This document shows positions 1-7,723 of a DNA stretch of 47,069 bases, one piece after another. The first letter of the stretch is position 1. Each line of letters opens with the position of its first letter. The stretch lies in IMG/VR virus record IMGVR_UViG_3300011116_000483, positions 1 to 47,069 of that record, one strand, 5' to 3'. Source of the stretch: a virus. Taxonomy: Duplodnaviria; Caudoviricetes. The position numbers and the translations under genes were made by a program. The notes beneath the pieces were generated by a model. The model searched no databases, was not told the DNA's origin, and saw nothing but the letters and a program-made list of their open reading frames with translations.

Positions 1-105
1 GGGCTAGTAGGGCTCGTGGTGGCCTACGTCATCCCGGCAGTATGGCGGGCGCATAAGCGAGGGCTAGAGCGAGTCCGTCGCCACAATGCTCGCAACGCTC
101 CGTAG
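1..105 (+). CDS. 5'-truncated membrane protein, paralog of 684..893
   Basis: Frame 1 reads GLVGLVVAYVIPAVWRAHKRGLERVRRHNARNAP*, matching the C-terminus of 684..893; TAG replaces the paralog's AAG. Confidence 0.6.
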   Translation, partial: GLVGLVVAYVIPAVWRAHKRGLERVRRHNARNAP

Positions 106-132
106 CACGCTAGGAAGTAGTTCCGCAGTAAG

Positions 133-181
133 TCCCTCGCTGGCGCGTAGTTGGTAGGTTCGATTCCTGCCGGGGGAACCA
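133..181 (+). ncRNA. tRNA-like mini-element (acceptor stem plus T-arm, ACCA end)
   Basis: TCCCTCG(133-139) pairs with CGGGGGA(171-177); T-arm GTAGG-TTCGATT-CCTGC; then A-CCA; only a 14-nt linker in place of the D and anticodon arms. Confidence 0.7.
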
Positions 182-225
182 TGCCGGGATAGTCTCGGCA
201 GTAGATAGCCCTAAGGGGTGTAGCA

Positions 226-687
226 ATGGCAACACGAACGAACGAGGCTAAGGCCTACGCGATGACCATAGCGGACGAAGTACGGGCGCTTGAAGCCGTG
301 TTAGGCGGCGATTATGACGAGCTTGACGACGAGGGTTACAGCGACCTTACGCCGGATGAGCGAACGGCGGCGGATGAGGCTAAAGAATTGCGCGAGGCTA
401 TGGCGGACGAGGCGCGCGAGGAATTAGGCGACTACACGCCTAGCATTTTTGACTACGTGAACGCGTTCGGCCTTGAATGGAAGGCGACTGGTGAGAATAG
501 CGGCAACGGTTGGGAAATTACCGGCGCGAAAATGCTGCGGACGTTCGGCGGCCCTAATTGCTGGTTAGTTTGGGACGGCGGTAGCTCGATTCTCGTTAGC
601 ACCTACTGGGGCGGCGATGAGTTTCACGAGCGGGTCATTGCGCCCATCGTTGCGGATGCCTTTAGCACGATGGCGGACGAGCAATGA
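226..687 (+). CDS. acidic hypothetical phage early protein
   Basis: 153-aa ORF, SD-like aagggg, ATGA overlap with next gene. Confidence 0.8.
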   Translation: MATRTNEAKAYAMTIADEVRALEAVLGGDYDELDDEGYSDLTPDERTAADEAKELREAMADEAREELGDYTPSIFDYVNAFGLEWKATGENSGNGWEITGAKMLRTFGGPNCWLVWDGGSSILVSTYWGGDEFHERVIAPIVADAFSTMADEQ

Positions 688-893
688 ACGGCCTACAATA
701 CGGGCCAGGGCTGGCCTACGTTAGCGGGGGAGGCGCACCCGCTCGACAGTTCGCTATCGGGCTAGTTATCTGGCTAATTGAGTGCGCAGCCGTTACCCTC
801 GCCGCCGCGTATCTTTGGAAGGCGCATAAGCGAGGGCTAGAACGCCTTCGCCGCCACAATGCCCGCAACGCTCCGAAGCACGCTCGGAAGTAG
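684..893 (+). CDS. small single-pass membrane protein
   Basis: Hydrophobic helix followed by a basic tail; duplicated at 1..120. Confidence 0.7.
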   Translation: MNGLQYGPGLAYVSGGGAPARQFAIGLVIWLIECAAVTLAAAYLWKAHKRGLERLRRHNARNAPKHARK

Positions 894-905
894 TCCCGTA
901 GTACG

Positions 906-949
906 TCCCCCGCTGGTGCTAGGGGTAGGTTCGATTCCTACCGGGGGAG
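906..949 (+). ncRNA. second tRNA-like mini-element
   Basis: TCCCCCG pairs with CGGGGGA; T-arm GTAGG-TTCGATT-CCTAC; 12-nt linker; no encoded CCA. Confidence 0.65.
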
Positions 950-989
950 CTCCGCTAACAATGGCGGCAAACAATGAGAGGTGGCAACA

Positions 990-1142
990 ATGGCGCAATT
1001 TAGAGTGGTGTTCTGCACTTCCTACGAAATTGAGGCTAGCGACGAAAACTCGGCAGAAGACGCGGCGTGGGAGCAATTCCGCCTAGACAGTGTTGAGCTG
1101 GCGGGCGCTAATTTCGCCGCAATGGTCGAGGAAGTGGAGTAA
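990..1142 (+). CDS. 50-aa acidic protein (not in ORF track)
   Basis: SD gagagg, then MAQFRVVFCTSYEIEASDENSAEDAAWEQFRL...; TAATG overlap with next gene. Confidence 0.7.
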   Translation: MAQFRVVFCTSYEIEASDENSAEDAAWEQFRLDSVELAGANFAAMVEEVE

Positions 1143-1330
1143 TGAGAGGGTCTACAGTCCGAAGCCTGGCGACGCGGCTAGTTATGGTTGAGCATGGTCA
1201 CGACCTAGACCTAGTCCTATCAGAGTGGCGCGGGGAGGGGGTGAGTCTGCAACAATGCGCCAGCCGCCTAGCCCGCCGCTATGGGGTCGAGGTGACCTAC
1301 CAGACGATCCGAACGTGGACAGGTGGCTAG
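1142..1330 (+). CDS. small HTH DNA-binding protein
   Basis: GVSLQQCASRLARRYGVEVTYQTIRTW helix-turn-helix pattern. Confidence 0.65.
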   Translation: MRGSTVRSLATRLVMVEHGHDLDLVLSEWRGEGVSLQQCASRLARRYGVEVTYQTIRTWTGG

Positions 1331-1372
1331 GCTACCCCGGCTAGGCTACCCCGGCCACCAGAACACCAGACG

Positions 1373-1402
1373 ACTCGCCCTTCGGGGCGGGTTTTCTGTT
1401 TT
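1373..1402 (+). terminator. Rho-independent terminator at a convergence point
   Basis: ACTCGCCC-TTCG-GGGCGGGT hairpin followed by TTTTCTGTTTT. Confidence 0.85.
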
Positions 1403-1416
1403 CTAGGCTACTCCGG

Positions 1417-1692
1417 CTAAGCGAACATCTCTAAGGCCATATGAAGCAGGCCAGTCGTGGAGTGGGGCGCTTGTCCCGTGTTCTTCATCACGCTATAGAA
1501 GTCTCTGCCGGCGTCGAAGTCTTGATGGCGGCAAATCAGTAGCCACTCGGTTACTTGAGTATTTTCGACCTCAGCGTAATCTTCCGTATCTTCGTCGTAT
1601 TCCACAGGGAATAGGTCAGAGGCGCTTAGAAACGATTCTAGGGCTGCCTGACGGGATTTTATGAGGGTATCTAGTTCTTCATCGCTGAGCAT
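1417..1692 (-). CDS. hypothetical actinophage protein, probable homolog of 13879..14133
   Basis: Shared W...GQ(A/P)x(H/Y)xTxGL(L/M) pattern. Confidence 0.75.
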   Translation of the reverse strand: MLSDEELDTLIKSRQAALESFLSASDLFPVEYDEDTEDYAEVENTQVTEWLLICRHQDFDAGRDFYSVMKNTGQAPHSTTGLLHMALEMFA

Positions 1693-1707
1693 TACCCCAA
1701 CCTAGTG

Positions 1708-2070
1708 TCAAGTAGTGGCGGCGCGGTGGGATGCGGCGAGAGTCCGGAGCGCCGAGAGGATTTCCTGAGTTGCGGACAAGCTCGAGCGCAGCACAGTCAA
1801 GTGGTTCTTTGCAAGTAAGTGTGCTTCGAGTTCGTCGGATGAGTTCACCGTTGCCCAGTCAGTAGTCTGATCGGCAGTTACTTTCTTTCCTACCTTGTCG
1901 CACTCTGCTCGGAAGGTTACTCTTTCACTGGCGAATTTGAGTTGCCAAGCTGCCTCTGCTGTTGCCGCCTGAAAGCCTGCTTCGGCAATTTCGGCCACGA
2001 GAGAGTCCAGCTTCCGCACCGTAAGCCGCATACGCTCCTCAATTTGGTGATAACTCAGAACATCTGCCAT
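1708..2070 (-). CDS. helical/coiled-coil phage protein
   Basis: 120-aa ORF with SD aaggag. Confidence 0.75.
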   Translation of the reverse strand: MADVLSYHQIEERMRLTVRKLDSLVAEIAEAGFQAATAEAAWQLKFASERVTFRAECDKVGKKVTADQTTDWATVNSSDELEAHLLAKNHLTVLRSSLSATQEILSALRTLAASHRAATT

Positions 2071-2183
2071 GGTTTTGCTCCTTCATCTTCGACGTATTGC
2101 AGGCACTCGCACTCGGGGATAAGACAACGACCCCAGAAGCCCTGGTGTTCCCGGCCATCATGCTGACATTTGCACTCGTTCAT
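2055..2183 (-). CDS. 42-aa Cys/His-rich micro-protein (not in ORF track)
   Basis: MNECKCQHDGREHQGFWGRCLIPECECLQY...; ATGA-coupled to the upstream gene. Confidence 0.6.
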   Translation of the reverse strand: MNECKCQHDGREHQGFWGRCLIPECECLQYVEDEGAKPWQMF

Positions 2184-2629
2184 AGTTTCTCTCCACACTT
2201 CGGGCAGTAGGCGAACGTCACAATAGACCCGGCAGCAGTCTCAACCCCTTTGATGTGGTTGCATTCCGTTTGTGCAGGGCTAACTGGGCCATTTGTGCGC
2301 TCTGGTTGCGATAATGGGTCTGTGGTTGCTTCCGCTCCCCTAAAGAACTTCACTACGTCTTCCGGGTGCTTGTCACTCCACTCAGGCTGTGCTGAAATGT
2401 AACCGCAAGCCATGTAGAACAGGGGCCTCTCTGCTTCCCAAGCATCAAGCACTCGAATTATGTCTTGCAAGTATTCAGCGTAAAGGCAAGGCCAAGGGAC
2501 ATAACAATCATCGCAATAATCTTCATCATTTGGAGTAGGCGCCAAGCCGTTGTCATGCCTGCTTTTATTGTGGTATTCCATGTCATGCTTGACTTTGGCT
2601 CGCAGTTCGTCTCGTTGTTGCTGGTTCAT
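2180..2629 (-). CDS. modular Zn-finger-ended protein (MNQQQR...YCPKCGEKL)
   Basis: ATGA overlap at 2626-2629; CxxC motifs; N-terminal ~120 aa shared with 45478..45972. Confidence 0.75.
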   Translation of the reverse strand: MNQQQRDELRAKVKHDMEYHNKSRHDNGLAPTPNDEDYCDDCYVPWPCLYAEYLQDIIRVLDAWEAERPLFYMACGYISAQPEWSDKHPEDVVKFFRGAEATTDPLSQPERTNGPVSPAQTECNHIKGVETAAGSIVTFAYCPKCGEKL

Positions 2630-3017
2630 AGTTTGTCTCCACACTTAGCAAGGGCGTGGTAGCACACGCTTGTGTCCGTGCTGTCTCCGTAATCAATAAG
2701 TGAGGCAAGGTAGTTGCCGTTTTCCAAAAACCACAAAGTGTAAACCTGTGGTTTGCCGTATCGCCCGTATTTGTCGGTGAGAGATGAGGCAACCTTCGCC
2801 GTTGGAGAGTTGGCAAGTTCTTTGTCGTACTCCGCACAGTCAAGGTCTATCCACTCAACTGCCTTACCTTCAGTTTCCTCGGCAACAAAGTCGTGTGCCA
2901 TAGCAATTGCTCGGTTCATCGTTCCCACCTTTCATCAGCCAGCCACGCTTCTCCTGCTTCACAGAACTCTTTGGCAAGGGCGAGTTTGCTTGGCTCTTGC
3001 CCGTCGTATGTTGTGCC
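2265..3017. repeat. 753-bp direct repeat, copy 1 (copy 2 at 45608..46360)
   Basis: Offset 43343; by eye the only mismatches are at 2287-2288 and 2315. Confidence 0.95.
2626..2919 (-). CDS. hypothetical protein ending in KCGDKL (duplicated)
   Basis: Identical translation at 45969..46262. Confidence 0.75.
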   Translation of the reverse strand: MNRAIAMAHDFVAEETEGKAVEWIDLDCAEYDKELANSPTAKVASSLTDKYGRYGKPQVYTLWFLENGNYLASLIDYGDSTDTSVCYHALAKCGDKL

Positions 3018-3217
3018 TCTTCTTTTAGTTGAGCGTCTAACTGATGTTTTACTTTCCCATCGTTTTGGTACATTTTTGTGGATGGCATTTTCTTACCGCA
3101 CCACAGGCAACCAAAGCCACCGCCACCCTTGGCAGGTACGCCCATCTTGAACTGGTGCCTGCCAAACAAGCACTTAAACCTACTAATTTTGCGTTTGATT
3201 AAGTACTTAAACCTCAT
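2870..3217 (-). CDS. small Zn-binding protein whose C-terminus appears fused out of frame into the repeat
   Basis: MRFKYLIK...CLFGRH...CLWCGKK; reads into the repeat in a different frame from the intact gene 46259..46507. Confidence 0.5.
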   Translation of the reverse strand: MRFKYLIKRKISRFKCLFGRHQFKMGVPAKGGGGFGCLWCGKKMPSTKMYQNDGKVKHQLDAQLKEEAQHTTGKSQANSPLPKSSVKQEKRGWLMKGGNDEPSNCYGTRLCCRGN

Positions 3218-3281
3218 CGTAACGACGCAAACACTAGAAACCAGATGCAGCAAAGGATGACGACCAACTCAAGGCCATTCA

Positions 3282-3389
3282 TTACGCACCCCCGTAAGGG
3301 TCAAAGCCACACCACTCGCAGGAGAACTCAGTGCTTTCCACTGGCTCACCACACGATAGGCAATACAGGATTTCTTCTTCTTCACTCAT
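3282..3389 (-). CDS. 35-aa zinc-ribbon micro-protein
   Basis: MSEEEEILYCLSCGEPVESTEFSCEWCGFDPYGGA; overlapping start/stop codons on both sides. Confidence 0.6.
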   Translation of the reverse strand: MSEEEEILYCLSCGEPVESTEFSCEWCGFDPYGGA

Positions 3390-3523
3390 AGTCTGTCCCA
3401 ATCCACAGGCTCGGGGGCAACCTTGCGTTCAGGGTCACCCATTGGATGGTGCATTTCAACGTGGTCCTCTTGGTCAATCTTTTGCCAACACCAAGGACAC
3501 ACTCGGTCACCTTCAAATCTCAT
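3386..3523 (-). CDS. 45-aa CxxC/His micro-protein
   Basis: MRFEGDRVCPWCWQKIDQEDHVEMHHP...; ATGA overlap with next gene. Confidence 0.55.
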   Translation of the reverse strand: MRFEGDRVCPWCWQKIDQEDHVEMHHPMGDPERKVAPEPVDWDRL

Positions 3524-3728
3524 TGCTCTTACTCCTTGCTTTCTTGATTGCCACTACCTTTGACGGGTCTACTGTACGGAACCCGGCGTTGGTCCAAATG
3601 GAGCCAGCCCTAGTGCCACCGTACAGGGTGACCTCTCCGTTCCTGAAATACTGGAACGAGAACACGCCACGTTCGCCAGCAATACGAAAATCCGTACCCT
3701 TCTCAATCTCCTGCCAGTTGATTGCCAA
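3513..3728 (-). CDS. small beta-rich actinophage protein
   Basis: GTDFRIAGERGVFSFQY...VTLYGG; probable TTG start after SD aaggag. Confidence 0.6.
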   Translation of the reverse strand: MAINWQEIEKGTDFRIAGERGVFSFQYFRNGEVTLYGGTRAGSIWTNAGFRTVDPSKVVAIKKARSKSNEI

Positions 3729-3894
3729 CGTCTGCTCCTTCAATCCAAGCACGGAACTCTATCTCGGCTGCCTTGGCTTCTTCCCATGTGACATGGTAGG
3801 CAACGCTGTACGAAATGCCTTTGTATTTCACCCTAGCGTGCCAAGGTTTTGTCAGGTTAGCATGGGGTTTGTGTGGGCGTCTATCGGTTGGCAT
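3703..3894 (-). CDS. AP2-domain DNA-binding protein
   Basis: KPWHARVKYKG...YHVTWEEAKAAE. Confidence 0.65.
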   Translation of the reverse strand: MPTDRRPHKPHANLTKPWHARVKYKGISYSVAYHVTWEEAKAAEIEFRAWIEGADVGNQLAGD

Positions 3895-4129
3895 TGAGTC
3901 TCTTATTCAGTTGTCGTTGGTATGCGTTCTGTTCTCTGACCCTGATGCTCTTAGCCCTAGCGTGAGCAGGCCATGCTTTTGGCTGCGGTGGGTTAACCTT
4001 GGCGAATTGTGCCTCTACAGACATGGCTTCCTCCATCGTGTTGTAGTTGCCAAGATGGTGAACTTTGCCAGAGCGCTTGACTGCTGCTCTCCACGGCTTG
4101 CCCCCACCCGGTCTATTCTTGCTCGGCAT
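3881..4129 (-). CDS. AP2-domain DNA-binding protein
   Basis: KPWRAAVKRSGKVHHLGNYNTMEEA, a classic AP2 signature. Confidence 0.75.
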   Translation of the reverse strand: MPSKNRPGGGKPWRAAVKRSGKVHHLGNYNTMEEAMSVEAQFAKVNPPQPKAWPAHARAKSIRVREQNAYQRQLNKRLNANR

Positions 4130-4433
4130 GGTGGTCCCCTCCTAGCAACTTGATGACGGTCTTGGCAAGTGACTTGCCACTGGTCTTGCCATCCCTGTCA
4201 GCAATAATCATCAGGCACAGTGAACGCACGGCGATGATGCCGTCCTTGTTCTGCATCCGTCGCAAGTTCTCAATGTATTGCTTCTTGCTGGCGTGTTCCT
4301 TGTCGTACTCCAATTTCAATACCTCAAGGCTGGCTTTCAATTGTGCTAACCGAATTTGAGCCTCCTCAAGGTCACGCACCAGCAACTTGTTTCTGATTTC
4401 GGCTGGCTCTTCTGAGTGGTCATATACTTTCAT
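4113..4433 (-). CDS. coiled-coil hypothetical protein
   Basis: Heptad pattern; translationally coupled to whiB. Confidence 0.75.
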   Translation of the reverse strand: MKVYDHSEEPAEIRNKLLVRDLEEAQIRLAQLKASLEVLKLEYDKEHASKKQYIENLRRMQNKDGIIAVRSLCLMIIADRDGKTSGKSLAKTVIKLLGGDHHAEQE

Positions 4434-4729
4434 CGTCCTGCCACCTTTCTTTGTTCGTAGATTTTGTTTCTGCTGTACGCAATTCGGCCACGGTAATCCA
4501 AGCCACCCCAGATGTGGGTCTGGATGTCACGCTCAATGCCGATGCGGTTCTTGATTGCGTAATTCAGGCAAGTTTCCTGTACCGGGCAACCACCACAGAA
4601 CTCGGCTATAAAGGCCTTAGTCTTTGCGTTGTGCCTCTCAAGTGGATAGAGGTAGGTATTCCTGTCCTCGTAAGAAAGCGACCGGCAGCGAGCCTCCTCC
4701 ATCCAAAGCGTTGAATCAGGCTTCTTCAT
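4430..4729 (-). CDS. whiB: WhiB-family transcription factor
   Basis: WMEEARC...CGGCPVQETCLNYA...IWGG: four Cys plus the IWGG turn. Confidence 0.92.
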   Translation of the reverse strand: MKKPDSTLWMEEARCRSLSYEDRNTYLYPLERHNAKTKAFIAEFCGGCPVQETCLNYAIKNRIGIERDIQTHIWGGLDYRGRIAYSRNKIYEQRKVAGR

Positions 4730-5070
4730 TTGGCACCGCCTTCACGTTCGACCATCAGAATCAGCGCCCTAGCCTTGGCTTTGGCTTCTTCTTTCCCCAA
4801 CGCAGGGTAGATGCTTGTGCGGTTGTAGTTGCAGAACTCTGCAATCTCGCTGGCCGACCAACCGAGCAGGTGCAGGGCGTTCCAGAAAACGTGCCTCGCT
4901 TCGACCTGACGGGGGCTGCGCCCTAAGTCCAGTTGCCTTTCTTCAATGTCAAAGACATCTATCACTGCATCCCAAAGGTCAACTGCCTTTGGCTGACGCT
5001 GCAACGCAAGGTGCTCATCGTAAGCATCGCTGGACTGCTGCTCTACTAACTTCTGTTTGTAGTAACCCAT
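4726..5070 (-). CDS. DnaA C-terminal-like HTH protein
   Basis: R..VEARHVFWNALHLLGWSASEIAEFCNYNRTSI resembles DnaA domain IV. Confidence 0.6.
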   Translation of the reverse strand: MGYYKQKLVEQQSSDAYDEHLALQRQPKAVDLWDAVIDVFDIEERQLDLGRSPRQVEARHVFWNALHLLGWSASEIAEFCNYNRTSIYPALGKEEAKAKARALILMVEREGGAK

Positions 5071-5071
5071 G

Positions 5072-5314
5072 TTATTCCTCTTTCTCTCCGTTTAAGTTTT
5101 CCCACAATTCCCTGTGGCGGTTTGCCTTGTTTTCCAAATCTTGGACAAGGCGCATGGTGTACTCGTCAAGCCAGTAAGCCAAATCTGGTACTGACTCGTC
5201 GTCATCAAGCAACTCCACTGTCAACGCACGCTTTATCTCAGCGCTGCGAGTCTCTGCTGCCTTAATCCAGTCTGCTGCTTCATCCAGCAGTTCGTATAGT
5301 GGCCTGTATGCCAT
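5072..5314 (-). CDS. hypothetical protein
   Basis: SD ggagg; tightly packed in the operon. Confidence 0.7.
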   Translation of the reverse strand: MAYRPLYELLDEAADWIKAAETRSAEIKRALTVELLDDDESVPDLAYWLDEYTMRLVQDLENKANRHRELWENLNGEKEE

Positions 5315-5315
5315 G

Positions 5316-5648
5316 CTATCTATCCTCCATGATTGTGCAGAACGTTGCGAGTGTCATTACGACGTACGCCTCGCCTGCTGGTTTCCTGTTTCTCTTTGCT
5401 ACAACTACGCCGATGTCAGCGTTTGCATTTGCACGCTCAACCTCGGCCTCGGCCAACCACTCCGAGAACTTGTGTGTCTTGTGATTCTTACACTCTATCA
5501 CAACACCCGGCAGACCTGTTAGGTCACCCTTGTCCTTCTGCTGCCCGGCACCAAACCGACGCTCCATCCAACGGAAACCCCTCGTCTGCATATATGCTAC
5601 CACGTCACGTTCCCACTGTGAACCCTTCGCTTTGGCCGGGTTGGTCAT
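5316..5648 (-). CDS. Holliday junction resolvase (Hjc-like PD-(D/E)XK)
   Basis: KAKGSQWERDV...DKGDL...VIECKN. Confidence 0.88.
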   Translation of the reverse strand: MTNPAKAKGSQWERDVVAYMQTRGFRWMERRFGAGQQKDKGDLTGLPGVVIECKNHKTHKFSEWLAEAEVERANANADIGVVVAKRNRKPAGEAYVVMTLATFCTIMEDR

Positions 5649-5911
5649 CGCTGCCACCAGCGCTTTTTCTTTTCTGGTGGCAGAGATGGCTTGGGGAGCA
5701 AATGCTCAGGGATAACCCACTTGTCTTTAGGCATCCCACACCGTTGGCATTGATTAGTGTCAACAGTTGTAAAACCATAGGGCGCTCGCTTTGTTCTTGT
5801 TTTTGCATATGCATACGCTTCTTGCATGTGCTTCAATTTCGGAGGCGAGGTCCTTGGGATTTCCTTGTAGAAACGGTGGTCGCAATATGTTGATGGTGGC
5901 ACTGGTTGCAT
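5645..5911 (-). CDS. Zn-binding hypothetical protein
   Basis: CDH...CQRCG; coupled to neighbours on both sides. Confidence 0.65.
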   Translation of the reverse strand: MQPVPPSTYCDHRFYKEIPRTSPPKLKHMQEAYAYAKTRTKRAPYGFTTVDTNQCQRCGMPKDKWVIPEHLLPKPSLPPEKKKRWWQR

Positions 5912-6675
5912 TAGAACGGCTCCTCGTTCAGGCCGAACGCATCGGCAACCTGCTGCACCTGCGTCAACTCGTGGGTCAGGCGCTTCATCTCAGCCTCAGG
6001 GTTCTTCCTGTGGGCCTTGAGCACGTCGTCTGCCAGTTTGGTAGCAAACCCCAGTTGCTTCGGCGTGAGTGGGTACTTGCCTGCCTTGTCGGTGATGTCC
6101 GTAAGCGTAGCGTTCGGATTCTCACTGTTCTGGTTCAGGCCTTCGGCGTACCGAAGGTAAGCAAGCATGGCCGGTGATGCCTTGGCCTTGTCTCCCGTGG
6201 CTGTCGCTGGTGCTGGTGCTGCTTGAGGTGCTGGTTGCCCCGACCTGACCGTCTGCTTCATTTCGGAAATGTTCTTCTGCACCTGCTGCTTGGACGCTGC
6301 GTTGCCGTCGTCATCCACGTCAGCCACCAGACCGAGCACGCTCATGTACGAATACCGGCGAGCGTAGGTCACGGCACTGCCCTGCCCCTGTGGGTCATCC
6401 TTGACCAGATACAGACGCATTGCGTGCGAGATGTATTGGCCTGATGCGTGCAACAAGTACGTCATCAGGTAGTCGTGGTTGTCCTCGTAGGTGATGAACT
6501 GACTGATTGATAGCCCGTACTTGGTAAGCACTGGCGTAGCCGTCCGTACCACGTCTGGCAGGGCTGCGTAGGTGCTCTTGAAGAACGGGTTTACGCTGTC
6601 CTTCGGCACCGCCGAGAACTCTGCCTGCGCCTTGTTCAAGGCTGCTGCTAGTTCGTTGATGTGTTCACTATTCAT
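5911..6675 (-). CDS. erf: ERF-superfamily ssDNA-annealing protein
   Basis: KDSVNPFFKSTYAAL...LLHASGQYI...PQGQGSAVTYARRYS...DDDGN. Confidence 0.93.
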   Translation of the reverse strand: MNSEHINELAAALNKAQAEFSAVPKDSVNPFFKSTYAALPDVVRTATPVLTKYGLSISQFITYEDNHDYLMTYLLHASGQYISHAMRLYLVKDDPQGQGSAVTYARRYSYMSVLGLVADVDDDGNAASKQQVQKNISEMKQTVRSGQPAPQAAPAPATATGDKAKASPAMLAYLRYAEGLNQNSENPNATLTDITDKAGKYPLTPKQLGFATKLADDVLKAHRKNPEAEMKRLTHELTQVQQVADAFGLNEEPF

Positions 6676-6860
6676 TGCTCTCCTCCTTTAGGATACAACT
6701 TTGGAATACGGATGCCCTTGTTGGCAGCGAATTCCATACGCTGGTTCGGGGTCATCGCAACAAAAGCGTTCACCCCATCTTCCTCAATTTGCACGATTAG
6801 GAAATCGTTACGGTGAAAAAACTCACCTGTGTAAACGTCAACCAGATAGTTTTCTGCCAT
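6672..6860 (-). CDS. hypothetical protein
   Basis: Coupled ORF between the nuclease and erf. Confidence 0.7.
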   Translation of the reverse strand: MAENYLVDVYTGEFFHRNDFLIVQIEEDGVNAFVAMTPNQRMEFAANKGIRIPKLYPKGGEQ

Positions 6861-7723
6861 TAGTTACCCTCGCTTTCTGCCAGTACCGTGAGGTACGAGG
6901 CTTCGATGTGTGTTGCTCCTGCGTCCTGCTCGCACAGGGTACGGAAGGGGCAGTAATCGCACGCCCAGTACGAACCGGGGGTGATGTTCTTGTGGCTGAG
7001 GTCGTCCTCCACTACTGATGGCTGAACCAACAGGCCATCTTTGGTGTCCTCGGCAATTTGAGTAATGCGATTGATTTCCTCAAGCGCTGGGCCTTCCCAT
7101 TCATGACGGGGGAACCACCACTCCTGAGCAAACCGCTCGTAGGGGTCAGTGATGCCAAGGGTCTTAGCCTTGTTGACACTGACTGCCTCCTTCGCCAGTG
7201 AGATGAGGCCAAGGAACTCAACCTCAGGTTCTCCGCCTCGCTCAATGCCAATGGCGTTCATGCCTGCCTGCACAATGGCTGACCACTTCGGCCCCTTGGG
7301 TTCAGTGCGTTTGTAGTTGCCATACCCAGCCTGCGAGTTGAACACATACTGCCCAACCGTCTTGATTTCCAAAACCAACCCATTCCCAATCCCCAAAGGG
7401 CCGGGGATGTACCCGTCGCATGACCCGGACAGGTACTCGTTGACCTGCGACGCCACCTCGAACTGTGCGTTGGGTGCCTGCTCTGCGATTGCCTCTTGCA
7501 GGTGCTCGTGCAGCAGGGTGCCTAGGTTGGTGACCCAAGCGCTCGCTGCATCCCACGGCTCAGTAGTCGTGGCGTTGAGCGCCGAGTACTGCATCTTGCG
7601 TGAGCACCCGTGAGCATCAGAGTACCGAAACGGTGTCCCCTTTGCCGTTGGCTTTGGGCCACGGGCTATGTCCTCGTTCAGCCACTTGCGTGCAAGCAGG
7701 TGGGCAAATGCCATCTCTGTCAT
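6860..7723 (-). CDS. Cas4-like/RecB-family exonuclease with Fe-S Cys cluster
   Basis: S...C.R, GTLLHE, SGSCDG, LEIKT, C-terminal CDYCPFRTLC. Confidence 0.88.
   Translation of the reverse strand: MTEMAFAHLLARKWLNEDIARGPKPTAKGTPFRYSDAHGCSRKMQYSALNATTTEPWDAASAWVTNLGTLLHEHLQEAIAEQAPNAQFEVASQVNEYLSGSCDGYIPGPLGIGNGLVLEIKTVGQYVFNSQAGYGNYKRTEPKGPKWSAIVQAGMNAIGIERGGEPEVEFLGLISLAKEAVSVNKAKTLGITDPYERFAQEWWFPRHEWEGPALEEINRITQIAEDTKDGLLVQPSVVEDDLSHKNITPGSYWACDYCPFRTLCEQDAGATHIEASYLTVLAESEGN

Noticed and set aside
103-105. In-frame TAG where the paralog has Lys, suggesting amber recoding
   Set aside because: Many well-supported genes end in TAG, long ORFs are uninterrupted and no suppressor tRNA is seen; a short C-terminal truncation explains it
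133-181. Canonical tRNA gene or attP with integrase
   Set aside because: No D or anticodon arm, and no integrase in the window
2265-3017. Diversity-generating retroelement TR/VR pair, or simple terminal repeat
   Set aside because: No reverse transcriptase; only about 3 mismatches, not an adenine-specific pattern; flanks differ on both sides
6860-7723. CRISPR-Cas system
   Set aside because: Solo Cas4-like nuclease next to erf is a common phage recombination module; no cas1/cas2 or repeat-spacer array
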